Of a stretch of 64,000 nucleotides of DNA, positions 30,572-45,040 are shown one piece after another. The DNA comes from Dictyostelium discoideum. Taxonomy: Eukaryota. Made by a program: the position numbers and the translations under genes. The first letter of the stretch is position 1. Each line of letters begins with the position of its first letter. A model generated the notes under the pieces. It was given only the letters and a program-made list of their open reading frames with translations. It did no database searches and had not been told where the DNA came from. The DNA is taken from the NCBI GenBank assembly GCA_000004695.1, contig CM000154.2, positions 3,680,001 to 3,744,000 on the forward strand, in the 5' to 3' direction.

Positions 30572-30911
30572 TTTTAATTATTATTTTTGGAAATGATTAA
30601 AAAAAAAAAGTGATTAAACGCTGCAAAAAAAAAAAAAATTAAAAAAACAGAAAAATATAAATAAAAATAAAAAAAAAAAAAAAAAATATTTTTAATGAAA
30701 AGTGGAAAAAAAGTTGAAAAAAAAAAAAAGCAGAGGTAAAAAAAGATATATTCTTTTATTTTAATCAAAATATTTTTTAATTATATTAATTCACTTCAAT
30801 TATATATTTTAATATTAATAATCTATTAAATAAAATATAAAATAAAATAAATAAGAATAAATAAATAAAAATAAAAAAAATAAAAATTAAAAAAAAAAAA
30901 TCAGTTTTGAT

Positions 30912-30952
<41 letters not shown>

Positions 30953-31189
30953 AAAACGAAAATAAAAAAAAAAAAAAAAAACAATTCGAATTTTTTTTTT
31001 TTTCATTTCTCACATTTCATTGTTTCATTTTCATTATTAAATAATACAAAAAAAGTTTTTTTAAAACAATATAGCGAATAGAATTAAAATATTTAATTAC
31101 AATATTTTAATAGGAATAATTACAAACAAAAAAAAAACTTTTAGAAATACAACAAATAAAAAAAATAAAATATAAAAATATAATATAAA

Positions 31190-31628
31190 ATGGCAACCAA
31201 AGCAGTTTCAGAAGTCATGAGACAACAATTAAAAAGAAAAGTTTTTAGAAATATTCCACATAACATTTTAACCCAATTTCCAGATCATACAGTTAAATCT
31301 TTAAGTCCAAAATTTGTTGAAGCTTTACCAAATGTACCAGCTGGTGTTATTAAAATCACCCTCATTAAAAGTGGACAACGTGGTGTTGATGAACATATTA
31401 AAGGAACAATGAATGCTTTAGGTTTAAAAAAAATGCATCATTATATGTTCCATAAAAATACACCAGAAATTAGAGGAATGATCCATAAAGTAAATATATA
31501 TATATAATTTTTTATTTTTTTTTTTAATCACTCTTATAATATCTCAAATTTGTTTCTAATATTTATTATTATTATTTTTATAGTTAAGACAATATGTAAA
31601 AGTTGAAGAAATCCCAATCAATAATTAA
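31190..31628 (+). CDS. Mitochondrial ribosomal protein L30 (uL30m) family, 2 exons
   Basis: Exons 31190..31489 and 31584..31628 (donor gtaaat, acceptor tttatag). IKITLIKSGQRGVDEHIKGTMNALGLKKMHHYMFHKNTPEIRGMIHK-LRQYVKVEEI matches the bacterial/mitochondrial L30 signature (KVTLVKS.IGR....R.T..ALGL.K......H.DTP..RGMI.KV..LV.VEE). Confidence 0.7.
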
Positions 31629-31790
31629 AAAAAGTTTAAAATTAAAATTTATATAAATATAGTAAAATAAAAAAAAAAAAAAGATAAGGAAAAAAAAAAA
31701 AAAAGATAAAAAGTTATGGATTTTTTTTTTTATTTTGAAAAAAAAGAAAGAACATCATTATATATTTATTTATATTTTTACTTATTATTG

Positions 31791-31793
<3 letters not shown>

Positions 31794-31882
<89 letters not shown>

Positions 31883-31883
31883 T
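31794..31883. repeat. (TTA)30 microsatellite, intergenic
   Basis: Perfect trinucleotide run. Confidence 0.95.
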
Positions 31884-32217
31884 ATATTGTTTCCCTTAAA
31901 ATATATTTTTAATATATTTTAAAAAAAACAAAAAAAAAAAAAGATATCTATCGGATTAACTTTTAAAATTTTTTTTAATAAAAAAAAGGAAATTATACAA
32001 AATTACTATTATTATTTGATTTTGACTTTTTGGACTTGATCATTTTTTTTTTTTTTTTTTTTTTGATTTTTTTTTTTTTTTTTTTTTTTTTTTATATATA
32101 TATATTATTTATATGTTATTATTTGATTATTATTTTTTTTTTTGATTTTTTTTTTTTTTTTTGATTTTTTTTTTTGATTTTTTTTTTTTGATTTTTTTTG
32201 ATCTAAAAATAGAATAT

Positions 32218-33933
32218 TTAAACTGGTTCTATTATTGGGTTTTCTTTACCATTATTATGATTATTTAAATCAGCACCATTATTAGTTGGTTGTAATTGTT
32301 GTTGATTTTGTGATTGTTGATTATTAGTTTGTTGTTGTTGATCTTTTCTAGAACAATTTTTTGGAATAGCACTAATTTTCATTGGATAAATAAAGATTGT
32401 TGCTAAAAGGAACCAAAATGAACTAATACCAAAAACAATAGCATAACCATATTGTGAAGAAATTTTAGTACCATTTTCAAGGGTAATTTGAGTAGCTTGT
32501 AAGATGCTACCAGTGATAGCTGGAGCAACTACAGTTGGAGCGATAAAAGAGATATGCCAAATACCCATATCTTTGCCAATGGTTTTATTTGGTAATGAAT
32601 GAAGTGCCAATGCCCAATCAACACATTGATAAGCACCATAACCAACACCTAAGAAACCTGATAGAATCAACAAACCAGCAAATGAAGGATTGAATGAAAT
32701 TGTGATTAATAAAGCTATAGCCACAACTTGAATACCACTACTAATGTATACTAATAGTTTTGTACTGTAAAAATCAGCTAAATAACCACCAGCGATTGAA
32801 GCGGGTATGGAACACATGACCAACACCACTATGATATAACTATTTGTCATTAAATTCGTTTGACCAATGATATCAGTGGCGAAATATAACAAGAAACTAA
32901 AGATCATGTAGATACCAAGTGTATTGAAGAAACGGGTGATTAAGACCCAATAAAAGTTGAAATAGATACTTGATGGGAGATGCAAAGATTTGAAGAAACT
33001 TGGTAAACTACCATCGAATGACCATTCATCATTAGAATCTTCATGCATTGTACAGATGGTGATCAATGCGGAAATACCAAGGAAGGCAATGGTTGCACCA
33101 TACAAATACCATGTATGAATTACATTTTTCACTTCTAATAAAGTACCAAACAAAATTGTACCAATCAATAGACCCAATGAAAAACCAACACCTAACCAAC
33201 CACTTGCAATACCAGATTGTGAAGGATGTACAACATCTGGAATGATACCAGAGAATGCACCACCTGCAATACCTTGACCAAGTTGATAACCACTACAAAC
33301 TATAATAAATCCACCAATTGAATGATATGGTTGATCAAATGTTGCCTCTAAACATAAAAATATAATCATTATCATCGTTCCAACCAATAGATATGGTCTT
33401 CTTCTTCCAAATGGTGTTTTTGTATGATCACTAATATATCCAAATATTGGTGTAATCAATAAATTTATAAACATTCCACTAATTGGTAATATACCATTCC
33501 AATATGTTTTATCTTCTGGTCTTAATATTGAAACTTGATATGGAATTGCAAATGCTGCTGTTGCACCTTGAACAACACTATATCCAAAAAACCATCTTTT
33601 AAAAAAATTAAAAAAAAAAAAAAAAAACAAATAAATAATAAATTAAAAAAAAAAAAAAATTAATATTAAATTTATTATAATAATTTTATATTTATATATT
33701 TCTATATATGTATATTTTTATAAAATTATAATAATAATAATAATAATAATTATAATAATTAATTACATTGATATTTTTATAAAAAATAAAGATGATGATA
33801 TAAAGCTACTTCTAATTTTAATATTATCACGACTATCTTTACTACTTGCTTCTGATATTATTTCTGAACTTTTTGTATGTTCTGATGAATATGTTAAGGT
33901 GGTTTCTGATGTTGCTGATTCCATTTTATCCAT
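32218..33933 (-). CDS. Major facilitator superfamily (MFS) transporter, 2 exons
   Basis: Exons complement 33767..33933 (MDKMESATSETTLTYSSEHTKSS..., donor gtaatt, phase 2) and 32218..33595. 12-TM topology with the MFS loop-2/3 signature GYISDHTKTPFGRRRPYLL. The C-terminal tail is Q/N-rich. Confidence 0.8.
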
Positions 33934-34344
33934 ATTCTTTTAATTATATTAATAATAAAATTATTTTTATTATTTTTATTTATTTTTAAAATAGTTTTTT
34001 TACTATTATTGTTGTTTTTTTTATTGTTTCTATTATTTTCTTTTTTTTCACTTCTAATACTATAAATATTTCTATTTTTATTGTTTTTACTATATTTAAA
34101 ATTTACAAAATATAAAATAATAAAAATAACAATAATAATAATTATTTTTGAATTTAAATAATTAATTTTTGAATTTGTATAATTATGAACTATTTCTATT
34201 TTTGATCATTAAAAATAAAATAAATAAAATAAAATAAATAAATTAAATTAAATTAAATACATTAAAAATAACAATAATTAAAATTTAAAAATAAAGTATT
34301 ATTATTAATGTTTTTAAGGTTTTCCCTTTTTCTTCTTCCCTCTC

Positions 34345-34347
<3 letters not shown>

Positions 34348-34399
<52 letters not shown>

Positions 34400-34432
34400 T
34401 TTATTATTTTTATTATTTTTATTATTATTATT
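34348..34432. repeat. (ATT)n / (TTATT)n microsatellite
   Basis: Direct observation. Confidence 0.9.
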
Positions 34433-34853
34433 GATTTAAATAAATCTATTTATAATTATTTTTTTTTTTTTTTTTTTTTTTTTTATTTTTTATTTTTTTT
34501 TTTTTTAAAAAAATAAATAAAAAATTTAATATGTATATATAGAGAGAGGAGTGAATACTATTATTGGTTATTTGATAATTTAATTTGTTTTTTTTTATTT
34601 TTTTTTTTTTAAAAAATAAAAAAGGTGATTAAAACAAAAAAAAAAAAAGAAAAAAAAAAAAAAAAAAAAAAAAAATTAAAAGGTTCAAATTAAATCAATA
34701 AAATATTGTTATTTTTTATTTATTGTTGTTTTTGTTAAAAAAAAATTATTATATGATAATATTTTAATTTTTTTAATAATTTGATTAAAAAAAAAAAAAA
34801 AACAAATAAATAAGAAGATATTTTGGTTTTACTATATATTATAACAATATTAA

Positions 34854-34953
34854 NNNNNNNNNNNNNNNNNNNNNNNNNNNNNNNNNNNNNNNNNNNNNNN
34901 NNNNNNNNNNNNNNNNNNNNNNNNNNNNNNNNNNNNNNNNNNNNNNNNNNNNN
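34854..34953. other. Assembly gap (100 N)
   Basis: Run of n in AT-rich intergenic DNA. Confidence 1.
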
Positions 34954-35375
34954 AAAAATTTTATAATATATATATGTGTGTATGCAAGTATAAAAATTAT
35001 CATATATAGTCAAAAGAGCAGTAAACCCATTTTTTTATCATTATACTTTATTTATTTTTAAAAAAATAAATATAAATAAAATAAAAATAAAAAAATAAAA
35101 TTAAAAACTATTTTTATTTTTAATTATTTTTTTTTATTTTGAACGATTCATTTTATTTGTATAATAAATTAAATTTTATTTTTGTTACTAAACATGGAGT
35201 GAGGGTAACCATTTTTGAAATATGATTCAAATCTTATTTTTTGTAAAAAATAAGATAATCACTGATAGATGTTATGTTAAAAAGTGTAAAAACAACACCA
35301 CAATTAATAAAAAACATTTAATAATACAAATAATCTATTGACATTTTGAAAAGTCATTTTTTTTTTTTTTTTGAG

Positions 35376-35407
<32 letters not shown>

Positions 35408-36193
35408 AATAATAATTAAATTTAAAAAATACGAATATGATAATATTATTGGTAATAGTATATTTGTGGTGAAAATAATAATGATTATTTTAATTTTTTT
35501 ATTTTATTTTAAAATTTTTGGTTGTCTATGTTTGTTAATAAAGATATTGTTTCTTTGATAAATTGTAAAATATTATAAAAAAGACCAATAGGACTAAAAT
35601 CATTTATAATAAATAAAATAAAATAAATATATATATATACACACACCACACATAACACATCACATTTCGATTTTTTTTGTTTAGAGTTATACATTTATTT
35701 AGTATATATATATATTGGGCAAGGTTAAAAAAAAATAAAAAAAAATAAAAAAAAACCAAACGAAACAAAAATAAATAAAAAAATAAAATGATGATTATTT
35801 TAAGATTAAATTATTTTTTTTCTATTTTAAGACTATATGTAAAAATAAAATTCGAAAATTAATGCGGAAATATAATAGTGGTCATTATTTTAAATATAAT
35901 TTAAATAAAAAAAAAAATAAAAAAAAAAGTGTCTTTTACTAAATTTAAATTTGGTGGATATTGCGAATGTGTATTTATTAAATTTAACTTCTATTGAAAT
36001 TTTTTTTTTTTTTTTTTTTTTTATTTTATTTTGTTTTGTTTTCAATTAATATTTTAATTTTTATTTTTTATTTTTTTATTTAATTTTAAAAAATAAAATG
36101 ATATGATTGTGATGAAGATTATGATTATGATTATGCATTTACTATTTTAGTAATTTTTTTTATTATTTTTTTTAAATTTAAAATTTAAAATTT

Positions 36194-36293
36194 NNNNNNN
36201 NNNNNNNNNNNNNNNNNNNNNNNNNNNNNNNNNNNNNNNNNNNNNNNNNNNNNNNNNNNNNNNNNNNNNNNNNNNNNNNNNNNNNNNNNNNNN
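36194..36293. other. Assembly gap (100 N)
   Basis: Run of n. Confidence 1.
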
Positions 36294-37212
36294 TTTTTTT
36301 TAGATGATTTATTGAAATACTAGTCTCATATATATATTAAATTTTATATTCTATTGTACAAAGAAATTGATCATTATCAATTTACCCTTTAAAAGATGAG
36401 TAACAAAAATAAAAAATAAAAAAAAAAAAATAAAAATAAAAATAAAAAAAAAATAAAAAAAGTAAAAAAAAAAAAAATTATATTAAATACACAAAGACAT
36501 ATTAATAGAAAGAAAAAAAAAAAAATCAAATAATTATTTGTTTTTTTTTTTTTTTTTTTTTTTTTTAGGATAATTTAGTGTTAAAATATTGTTTTTTTTT
36601 TTTTTTGGGTGTGTTAAAATTATTTTTTCCATTTTTCATCACATAATAATAAAAATAATAATAGCATATATTACACCCACATTCTCCTTCAAATATTTGA
36701 AAATATAATAAAAAAAAATACCACCCCACTCAACATAAATACTAAAATAATTAAAAAAATAATTAAATTAAATTATATAAAAAAAGAAAGAAAAACCCAC
36801 TTACAAACATCATGTGATGTGGTAGTTAAAAACATATAAAAAAATAAAATTCCTCATTAAAATGCTATAGTGTTTTTTATGTCATCTAACTTGCAATATT
36901 ATCCATCTTTGTTAATTCACATTTTTATTTAATTTTTTATTTTTTTCAAATTTATATATTTAATTTGTTTTGTTTTTTTTTATTTTGTCTTGTTTTTTTT
37001 TATTTTTGTTTTGTTTTTTTTTTTTTTTTTTTTTTTTCTCACTCAAATCGTAAGATGTAAAAAAAAAACGTTAATTATTTTAATTACCACACTGTCACTA
37101 TTTCCTATAAGCAGTATAAACATTTTTTGAAAATTATTTTTTTTAAACATTTTGAATATGGTAATAACAATATAAAAAAAAAAAAATGAATTTACAAACA
37201 AATTGGCAATTG

Positions 37213-37246
<34 letters not shown>

Positions 37247-37346
37247 NNNNNNNNNNNNNNNNNNNNNNNNNNNNNNNNNNNNNNNNNNNNNNNNNNNNNN
37301 NNNNNNNNNNNNNNNNNNNNNNNNNNNNNNNNNNNNNNNNNNNNNN
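37247..37346. other. Assembly gap (100 N) flanked by A-run and (AAT)n
   Basis: Run of n. Confidence 1.
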
Positions 37347-37776
37347 TAATAATAATAATAATAATAAAAATAATAATAATAAAAATAATAATAATAATAA
37401 AAATTATAGTACTAAAAAATGAAATAAAATATACTATATAAAATCGATTGATTATTTATTTATTTAATTTTTTCTTTTTTCTTTTTTTGTTTTTTTTCTT
37501 TTTTTTTTTTTTCTTTTGATCATTACAAATTATTTGATATATTACTTTTTTTGAATTTTTTTTTTTTTTTTTTTTTTTTTTTTCTTGCTCGCGAACAAGG
37601 AATACACAATTTATACTATTACTGTGATAATTTTCATTTGTTGTTTTAATTATTATTACTATTATTATTATTACTATTATTTTTTGATTTTTTTTTTTTA
37701 ATTTTTGATTTTTTTTTTTTTTTTTTTTTGGTTCCAAAAAAACCTGGAAATAAATTTTTTTTTTTTTTTTTTTTTT

Positions 37777-39423
37777 TTAATCCTTTAAGATTGAATCAGC
37801 TACATAAGTGAAACCTTCAAAGCTTGTATCTTTACCCATAGCATCACCTAAAGCACTTGTTTCAACCAAACTATCCATTGGTCTTTCTTGAGTGAAAACT
37901 GGATCAATTTGACTAATATCTGTGCCAGATTTAACTTTTGGTTTAAAGTGAACTTCAACTTCTTTTCTATCCAATTTCTCCCAGTCAATATTTTTGAACC
38001 ATGGATGTTGTTTAACTTCACCACCACCTTTAGTTCCAAGTCTTTTATCAACTTCTCTAGTTAATAACTATAAAAAAATTTAAAATTTAAATAAAATAAA
38101 ATAAAATAAAATAAAATAAAATGTTATTAATTATTAATTATTATTATTAAATATATTGTGTATACATACACCTTCTAATAATGATTTTGCTTCTGGTGAA
38201 ATATAAGTTGGAATTTTTAATTCACCATTTAAAATTTTTTGATACATTGTTGATACATTTTGAGAGTAGAAAGGTGGTAAACCAGTTAACATCTCATAGA
38301 GAAGAGTTCCAAGAGACCACCAATCGACGGCACAACCATGACCATGACCATTCAATACCTCTGGTGCTAAATACTCTGGTGTACCACAGAAAGTGAATGT
38401 ACCATCGGTTGTTTCAATCTTTTTAGATAACCCAAAATCAGTGATACAAATATGACCTTCACTATCTAATAAAATATTCTCTGGTTTCAAATCACGATAT
38501 ACAATATCTTGTTTATGTAAATGATCCAATGCTGATACAATCTCTGCTGCATAAATCTTTACTCTTGGTTCTGAAAATCTACCTTCTCTCTTTAAATGGA
38601 AAAATAATTCACCACCATTAACAAAATCTAATACCATATATAATTTATCTTTTGTCTAAATATAAATATAAAATAAAATAAAAAATAATTAATATTATTT
38701 TTTAAATTTTTATAAAAAAAAAAAAAAATAAAAAAAAAGTACTTATTACTTATTACTTACTTGAAAAGCATAATGTAAATTTACAATGAATGGATGAGAA
38801 ATACATTGAAGGATAGTTTTCTCAGATTTAGTATGATTGACTTGTTTACGAGCAATGATAGCATCTTTACGTAAAACTTTCATAGCAAAGATTTTATCTT
38901 CACCCTTTTTCTTAACTTGCATAACTTTACCAAAACTACCTTTACCAATTACATTTAATAATTCAAAATCATCTTTTGTTGCTGATTGTTTATTCTTTGA
39001 AAAAATGACTTCCTCTGGTCCTTCATCTTCATCATCATTACCATTTCCACTACCATTTGGTGAATCTGGTGAACTTGATGCTTCATTTGATGCACCATTT
39101 ATATTATTATTATCTGTATTTTTTTGTGATTCTTCAATAGTTGGTGTACCTGTTTGAGTAATTGGTGTTTGGGTAGCTGGTGCTGGTATATTTTGTTGTT
39201 GTTGTTGCTCTTTATTATCTAATGAAACTGCTGCTGTAGTCGTTTGTTGTTGTTGTTGTTGTTGTTGTGCACTATTATCTAAATTTTGTTGAGTTGGTGT
39301 TGGTGTTGGTGTAGGTGTTGATGTTGGTGTTGTTTCATCATTTTTATTTCCTTTTTTTGGTTTTCCTGCTTTGGCGGGTTTACCTGATCCTCCATTCTTT
39401 ATTTTACTTTGTCCTTTTCCCAT
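37777..39423 (-). CDS. pkgB: AGC-family Ser/Thr protein kinase, PKB-related kinase with an N-terminal myristoylation signal instead of a PH domain (PKBR1), 3 exons
   Basis: Exons complement 38761..39423, 38170..38655 and 37777..38067, with donors gtaagt and gtatgt. The N-terminus MGKGQSK is an N-myristoylation consensus with no PH domain. Kinase motifs: [29 protein letters not shown], activation loop [14 protein letters not shown], and C-terminal hydrophobic motif FEGFTYVA. The product is 479 aa. Confidence 0.8.
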
Positions 39424-39661
39424 TTTTTTATTTTTTTTATTTTTCCTTTAAAATAAAGAAATAATCAAAAATAAATATGTAATAATAAATATAATAAATA
39501 AATTAAAATAAATAGATTTTTTTTTTTTTTTCTCTTCTTTTTGTTTTGGCTTTTGTTTTTTTTTTTAAAAAATTTTAATTTGATTTTGATTTTAAATTCT
39601 TGATTTTTGTGATTATTTTTTTAACTAAATCTAAAATTATTTAATTTAATATTAAAATTAT

Positions 39662-39692
<31 letters not shown>

Positions 39693-40018
39693 GAGAGAGA
39701 AAGAGAGTGTGTTTGAGAGAGAGTGTGTGTGTGTGTGTTTTAAAAAAAAAAAATTTTATTATTGTTTTTTAAAAATAGGTGCGTTTCTAAAAATAAATAT
39801 TTATTGAAAAAAAAAAAAAAAAAAAACCCCCCCCAAATAAAATAAAAAAAAAAAAAAAATAAAAAAACCCAAATAAAAACCCAAAAAAATAATTTTATAA
39901 TTTAAAAATTATTGATGAGAGTGATATTTAATATTTAATTGGTGATAAAATTGTATATAAAATGAAAATAACAATTTATATTAAAAAAAAAAATTAAAAA
40001 AAAATTAAAAATAAAATA

Positions 40019-40054
<36 letters not shown>

Positions 40055-40055
40055 A

Positions 40056-40093
<38 letters not shown>

Positions 40094-42025
40094 AATAATA
40101 ATAAAAAAAAAAATTTAGATAGGGTGTGATAGTGAGTTTGGTGGTTGAATGATTTTTGTGTCTGTGTTATTGGTGTGAGAAAGAGAGTGAGAAGAAAAAA
40201 AAAAAAAAAAGAGTTTGCTGAATTATATTTTGATATAATAAAAAAAAAAAAAATAATAATAATAATAATAATAATATTTATATTTTTATTTTATTTATAT
40301 TTAAATTATGATTATGATTATTGATGATTGTACGGAGATGTAATAGGTTAAATTGTTTTATATATTTATACATATTTTAAAACATTATATATATATAACA
40401 AGGTTTGTATATTGTAAAGTGGTTATAATCATCACATATTATTATTATTATTACTAATGAATATACTTTTTTTTTTTTTTTTTTTTTTTGTTAAAGGAAT
40501 TAATAATAATAAAAAAATTAAATTAAATAAAGTGGAATAAAATAAAACCAAACCCTTTTTTAAAAACTTTTTAAATAAATATATATTCCCCAATTATTAT
40601 TGATTACAGCCGCCGGGTTAAAAAAAAAAAAAAAAAAAACCAATAAAAAAAAAAAAAAAAATCAAAAAAAATCAAAAAAAAAAAAATCAAAAAAAAAAAA
40701 AAAATTTTAACTGTCTAACGCCTTTTTCTTTTTGATTTATTATAATAATTGTACAAATATGAAAATATTTTAAAAAATAAAATAAAAACAAAAAAATAAA
40801 AGGAAAAAAAAAAAAAAAGAAAAAGAAAAAAAAAAGATATAAAAAGTAAAAGAAATTGTATTTTTACTTTAATTTTCTTTTTAATTATTTTATTATTTTT
40901 TGTGGGCCGCAAGAAAAAAAAAAGAATAAAAATAAAAAAATAAAAAAATAAAAAAATAAAATAAAAAAAAAAGATATTTTTTGGAGTAGTGGGAACATGG
41001 GTGATAAAAAATAAAATAAAAAAATAGATATTTTCATTTCAATATTACCACTTTAAGATACTGCACGTGAGAAGTTACAACAATGTAGAAAAAAAAAAAG
41101 TTAAAAAAAAAAGAGAGATTTAAATAAAGTTAATCAAATTTGGGGGCTCTATTACTTTTTTATCATTTTTTTTTTTAATTAATTCTTTGGTGAATTTACT
41201 TTTTTTTTTTTTTTTTTTTGGTTTCACAATAAAAAATATTTTCCCCCATCTCACTATCAAATCGATCGGACAAAAAAAAAAAAAAAAAAAATTAAAAAAA
41301 AAAAAAAAAAAAAAAATCCAATTGTATTTCAATACAATCACTACACATCTAATAGATTGTGGAACTGTTTAATTAAATTTTATTTTTTATTATTTTTTTC
41401 TTGTTTTATATTTTTTTTATTTTTTTTTTTTTTTTTGGTTTTGTTTAAAAAAAAAAAAAAAAAATTGGAAATTTATTTTTCTTTGAGGTGGGGTGGTTAT
41501 TTAAAATTAGTTTTTTTTTTTATTATTATTTTAAATATTTTAATTATTCTTTTTTTTTTTTTTTATTACTTTAATAAAAGGGACTTTTTTTTTTTTTTTT
41601 TTTCTTAAATGAAAGAAATGGAATTGGAAATTTCCCAAAAAAAAAAAAAAATTTTATTTCTTAAAATGGACAAACTCCCAAAAAAAAAAAAAAAAAGGGG
41701 TGTAACAACAAATGTTTTTTATTAAATTAATTTAATTTATTTTTTATTTTAATTTAATTTTTTATTTTTTTTTTTATTTTTTTTTTTCTCTTTCATTTAA
41801 TACTTTTTTTTTTTTTTAAAATTTTTATATATATAAAAAATTAATTTTATCTTTCATATCATTTTTTTTTTTTTTTTTTTTTTATTATCTCTTTTTTTTA
41901 TTTTTAAAATTACATTTTTTAGTATTACTATAATTTATATCATACAAGTAAATATTAACTAATTAAAATTATTAAAACATTTTTTAAAATATGTGATACT
42001 AATTTTTTTTTTTTTTCCAAGATTA

Positions 42026-42113
42026 AAAAAAAAACTGAAAAACTGAAAAACTAAAAAACTAAAAAACTAAAAAAACTAAAAAACTAAAAAAACTAAAAAA
42101 CTAAAAAACTAAA
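42026..42113 (+). repeat. (AAAAACT)n heptamer tandem repeat, about 12 copies, ending 14 bp before the miox ATG
   Basis: aaaaactgaaaaactgaaaaactaaaaaactaaaaaactaaaaaaactaaaaaact... Confidence 0.9.
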
Positions 42114-42126
42114 TCTTAAAAAAAAA

Positions 42127-43282
42127 ATGATAGAAACTAGAACAACAACATCAACAAGTGAAATTAAACATGATAATTCATTAAAAACTGGATTTGAAAT
42201 TACTAAAGAGGTTGAAGAATTTAGAAATTATGAAAATAGTGAAGATAGAGTATCAGAAGCTTATAGGAATAGTCATACTTATCAAACATATGATTATGCA
42301 ACTGAAAAGAAGAAACAATATTCTCAATTGGATACAAGTATAAAAATGGGATTATGGGAAGCTGCTGAACTATTAAATACAATCATTGATGAAAGTGACC
42401 CAGATTCAAATATTCCTCAAATTAATCATTGTCTTCAAACTGCTGAAGCAATTAGAAAAGTATACCCTGATTCAAAATATGATTGGTTTCATTTAACTGG
42501 TTTCATTCATGATCTTGGTAAAGTTTTATTATCTAAAAAATTTAAAGAACAACCACAATGGGCAACTGTTGGTGACACTTTTCCATTAGGTTGTAAATTT
42601 GATGGTAAATATATATATATTAAATTAATATATAAATTTATAAAGAAAATAATTATTAATTAATTTTTTTTTTTTTATTTTTTTATTTTTTTATTTTTTT
42701 ATTTTTTAGAAAGTAATATTTTTTATGAATTTTTTAAAATGAATCCAGATTATAATGATAGCAAATATAATAGTGAATGTGGTATATATAAAAAGAATAT
42801 TGGATTGGAAAATGTTACAATGAGTTGGGGACATGATGAATACTTTTATTTGGTTTGTGTTGGAAATAAATGTTTATTACCTAAAGAATCGCTTTATATG
42901 ATTAGATTCCATTCTTTTTATCCATGGCATAGACATAATAAATATACTCATTTAACAAATGAAGAAGATGAAAAAATGCTAAATTGGGTAAAGGAATTTA
43001 ATAAAGTAAGTTTTTTATTTATTTATTTTTTTTGGAAAATAAAAGAAATTTTTTAAAAAAAAAAAAAAAAAATTATTATCTTTTTTTTTTTTTTTTTTCT
43101 TATACTAATTTATTGATTTTTTTTTTTTTTATTTTATTTTTTTTTTATAATAATATTAATAATAATTACTACATAAGTTTGATTTATATTCAAAAGACAG
43201 TGAGCCAGTGGATGTTGAATCTTTAAAACCATATTATCAATCTTTAATTTCAAAATATTTCCCAAACGAACTTCATTGGTGA
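42127..43282 (+). CDS. miox: myo-Inositol oxygenase, 3 exons
   Basis: Exons 42127..42604 (donor gtaaat, phase 1), 42710..43005 (donor gtaagt) and 43178..43282. Motifs: HDLGK, DTFPLGC, SWGHDEYFY, MIRFHSFYPWH, and C-terminal DLYSK...LKPYYQSLISKYFP..W. The product is 292 aa, comparable to human MIOX at 285 aa. Confidence 0.9.
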
Positions 43283-43540
43283 TTAAAATTTTCACTCTCC
43301 CCAATTAATGCACAACTTTGTGTAAATTCAAAGAAAAAAAATAAAATAAAAAAAATAAAAAAAAAAGAAAAGAAAAATTAATGAAAAAAAAAAATAAAAA
43401 AACAAAAAATAAAAAAAATAATAAAAAAAGATATATAATAAAAAATAAAATACTTTATTTCATTTATTTTTTTCTATTTTTATTTACATTATCATTTTTT
43501 CATTTTCCCAAAAAATTAAAAAAAATTTAGAATTAATAAT

Positions 43541-43574
<34 letters not shown>

Positions 43575-43871
43575 TTTTTTTTGTTTTTTTTTTTTTTAAT
43601 TTATTTTTTTTTTAATTTATTTTTTTTTTTTTTTTTTTTAATTTAATTTGAAACTCAAAAATTTTTTTTTTTTTTTTTTATTTTTTTTAATATAAAAATT
43701 ATATAAAACACATAGTCAAAAAAAAAAAAATTTTAATATCACACCACTACTATTACAACTTGTTATCATTACCTATTTACATTTTCCTCCTTATTTTATT
43801 TATTTTTATACAAATAATTTAAAAATACACACACACACAACATAAATAATTAATAATAATAATAATTAAAA

Positions 43872-44975
43872 ATGGTTACAGAATTAGTTGATAAAGCCAC
43901 AAATGAATTATTAATTCAAACCGATTGGACAACAGTTTTACAAATTAGTGATATCTTAAATAGAGATCCAATTCAGTAAGTATTAAAATTTTTTTTTATT
44001 TTTTTTTATTTTTTTTTATTTTTCAAAATTAAATAATTAACCTAAACTTTAATTTAAAGTGCAAGAGGAGTTGTTAGACAGGTTACGAAAAAGTTAAAAG
44101 ATAGATCAAGAGTTATTTTATTAGCTTTGGAGTTAGCAGATTCTTTACTCCAAAATTGTCATTGCACTCATGTCTATTTTGCAGAGAGAACTTTTCAAAC
44201 TGAATTATGTAGATTAATTATGAATAAAAAGGTAAATATTTATTTATTTATTTTTATTATTTATTGTTTATTATTTATTAATTTTATTTTAATTTTTTTT
44301 TAATTTTTTTTAATTTTTTTTTATCATTTTATTATTATTAATAATAATTTAGACAAAATTGAATGTTAAAGAAAAAACATTAGAAATTGTAGAGAGTTGG
44401 GGAAATGCATTCCAAGCTAGACACGATGTACCAGGATTTTATGAAACTTATTCATTTATTAAACGTTCTGGTTACAAATTCCCACCAAAACCAAGCGATG
44501 CACCAATTTTGAATTTTAATAATTCACCAGCAAAGAGAACAGTTAGTACTACCATCTTAACTAATAATAGTCATTCAACTACTCCACCACAAGCAAATGT
44601 TCCATCATTTAATAATGTATCAAGTGTTGGCTCCAACAACGCTGGTGGTGGTGGTTCATCCTCTCAACCAATAAAGAATCAAGAAATCTCTTCAATTAAA
44701 GGTTCAACTTCTGTATTCAATGAAATGATTTCCTTCTTGAATGTTGAAGATGAAGATCCACAAGAAAATGATTTAATCAAAGAGTTGTTTGAAACTTGTA
44801 AACAATCCCAAATTAGAGTAAAAGAAATGATTGAATCTGGTTCAACCAATGAAAGAGATTTAAATGTTTTATTGAAATTAAATGATGAAATTAATAATGC
44901 ACTAAATGATCATGAAGCTTGTATAAAAAGAAGAAGAGCATTCGTTGAAAATGGATATAAGCCAGTCCCACCACC

Positions 44976-45040
<65 letters not shown>

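Noticed and set aside
36650-36860. CCCA-containing motifs (acccacattc, ccaccccactcaac, aacccacttacaaac) that could be DUSE elements upstream of an ncRNA gene
   Set aside because: None matches the (A/T)CCCA(C/T)AA consensus exactly, and no recognisable snRNA, class-I RNA or SRP RNA sequence follows at the expected distance.
38181-39157. Plus-strand ORFs 38181..38396 and 38837..39157
   Set aside because: They are antisense to the pkgB kinase exons.
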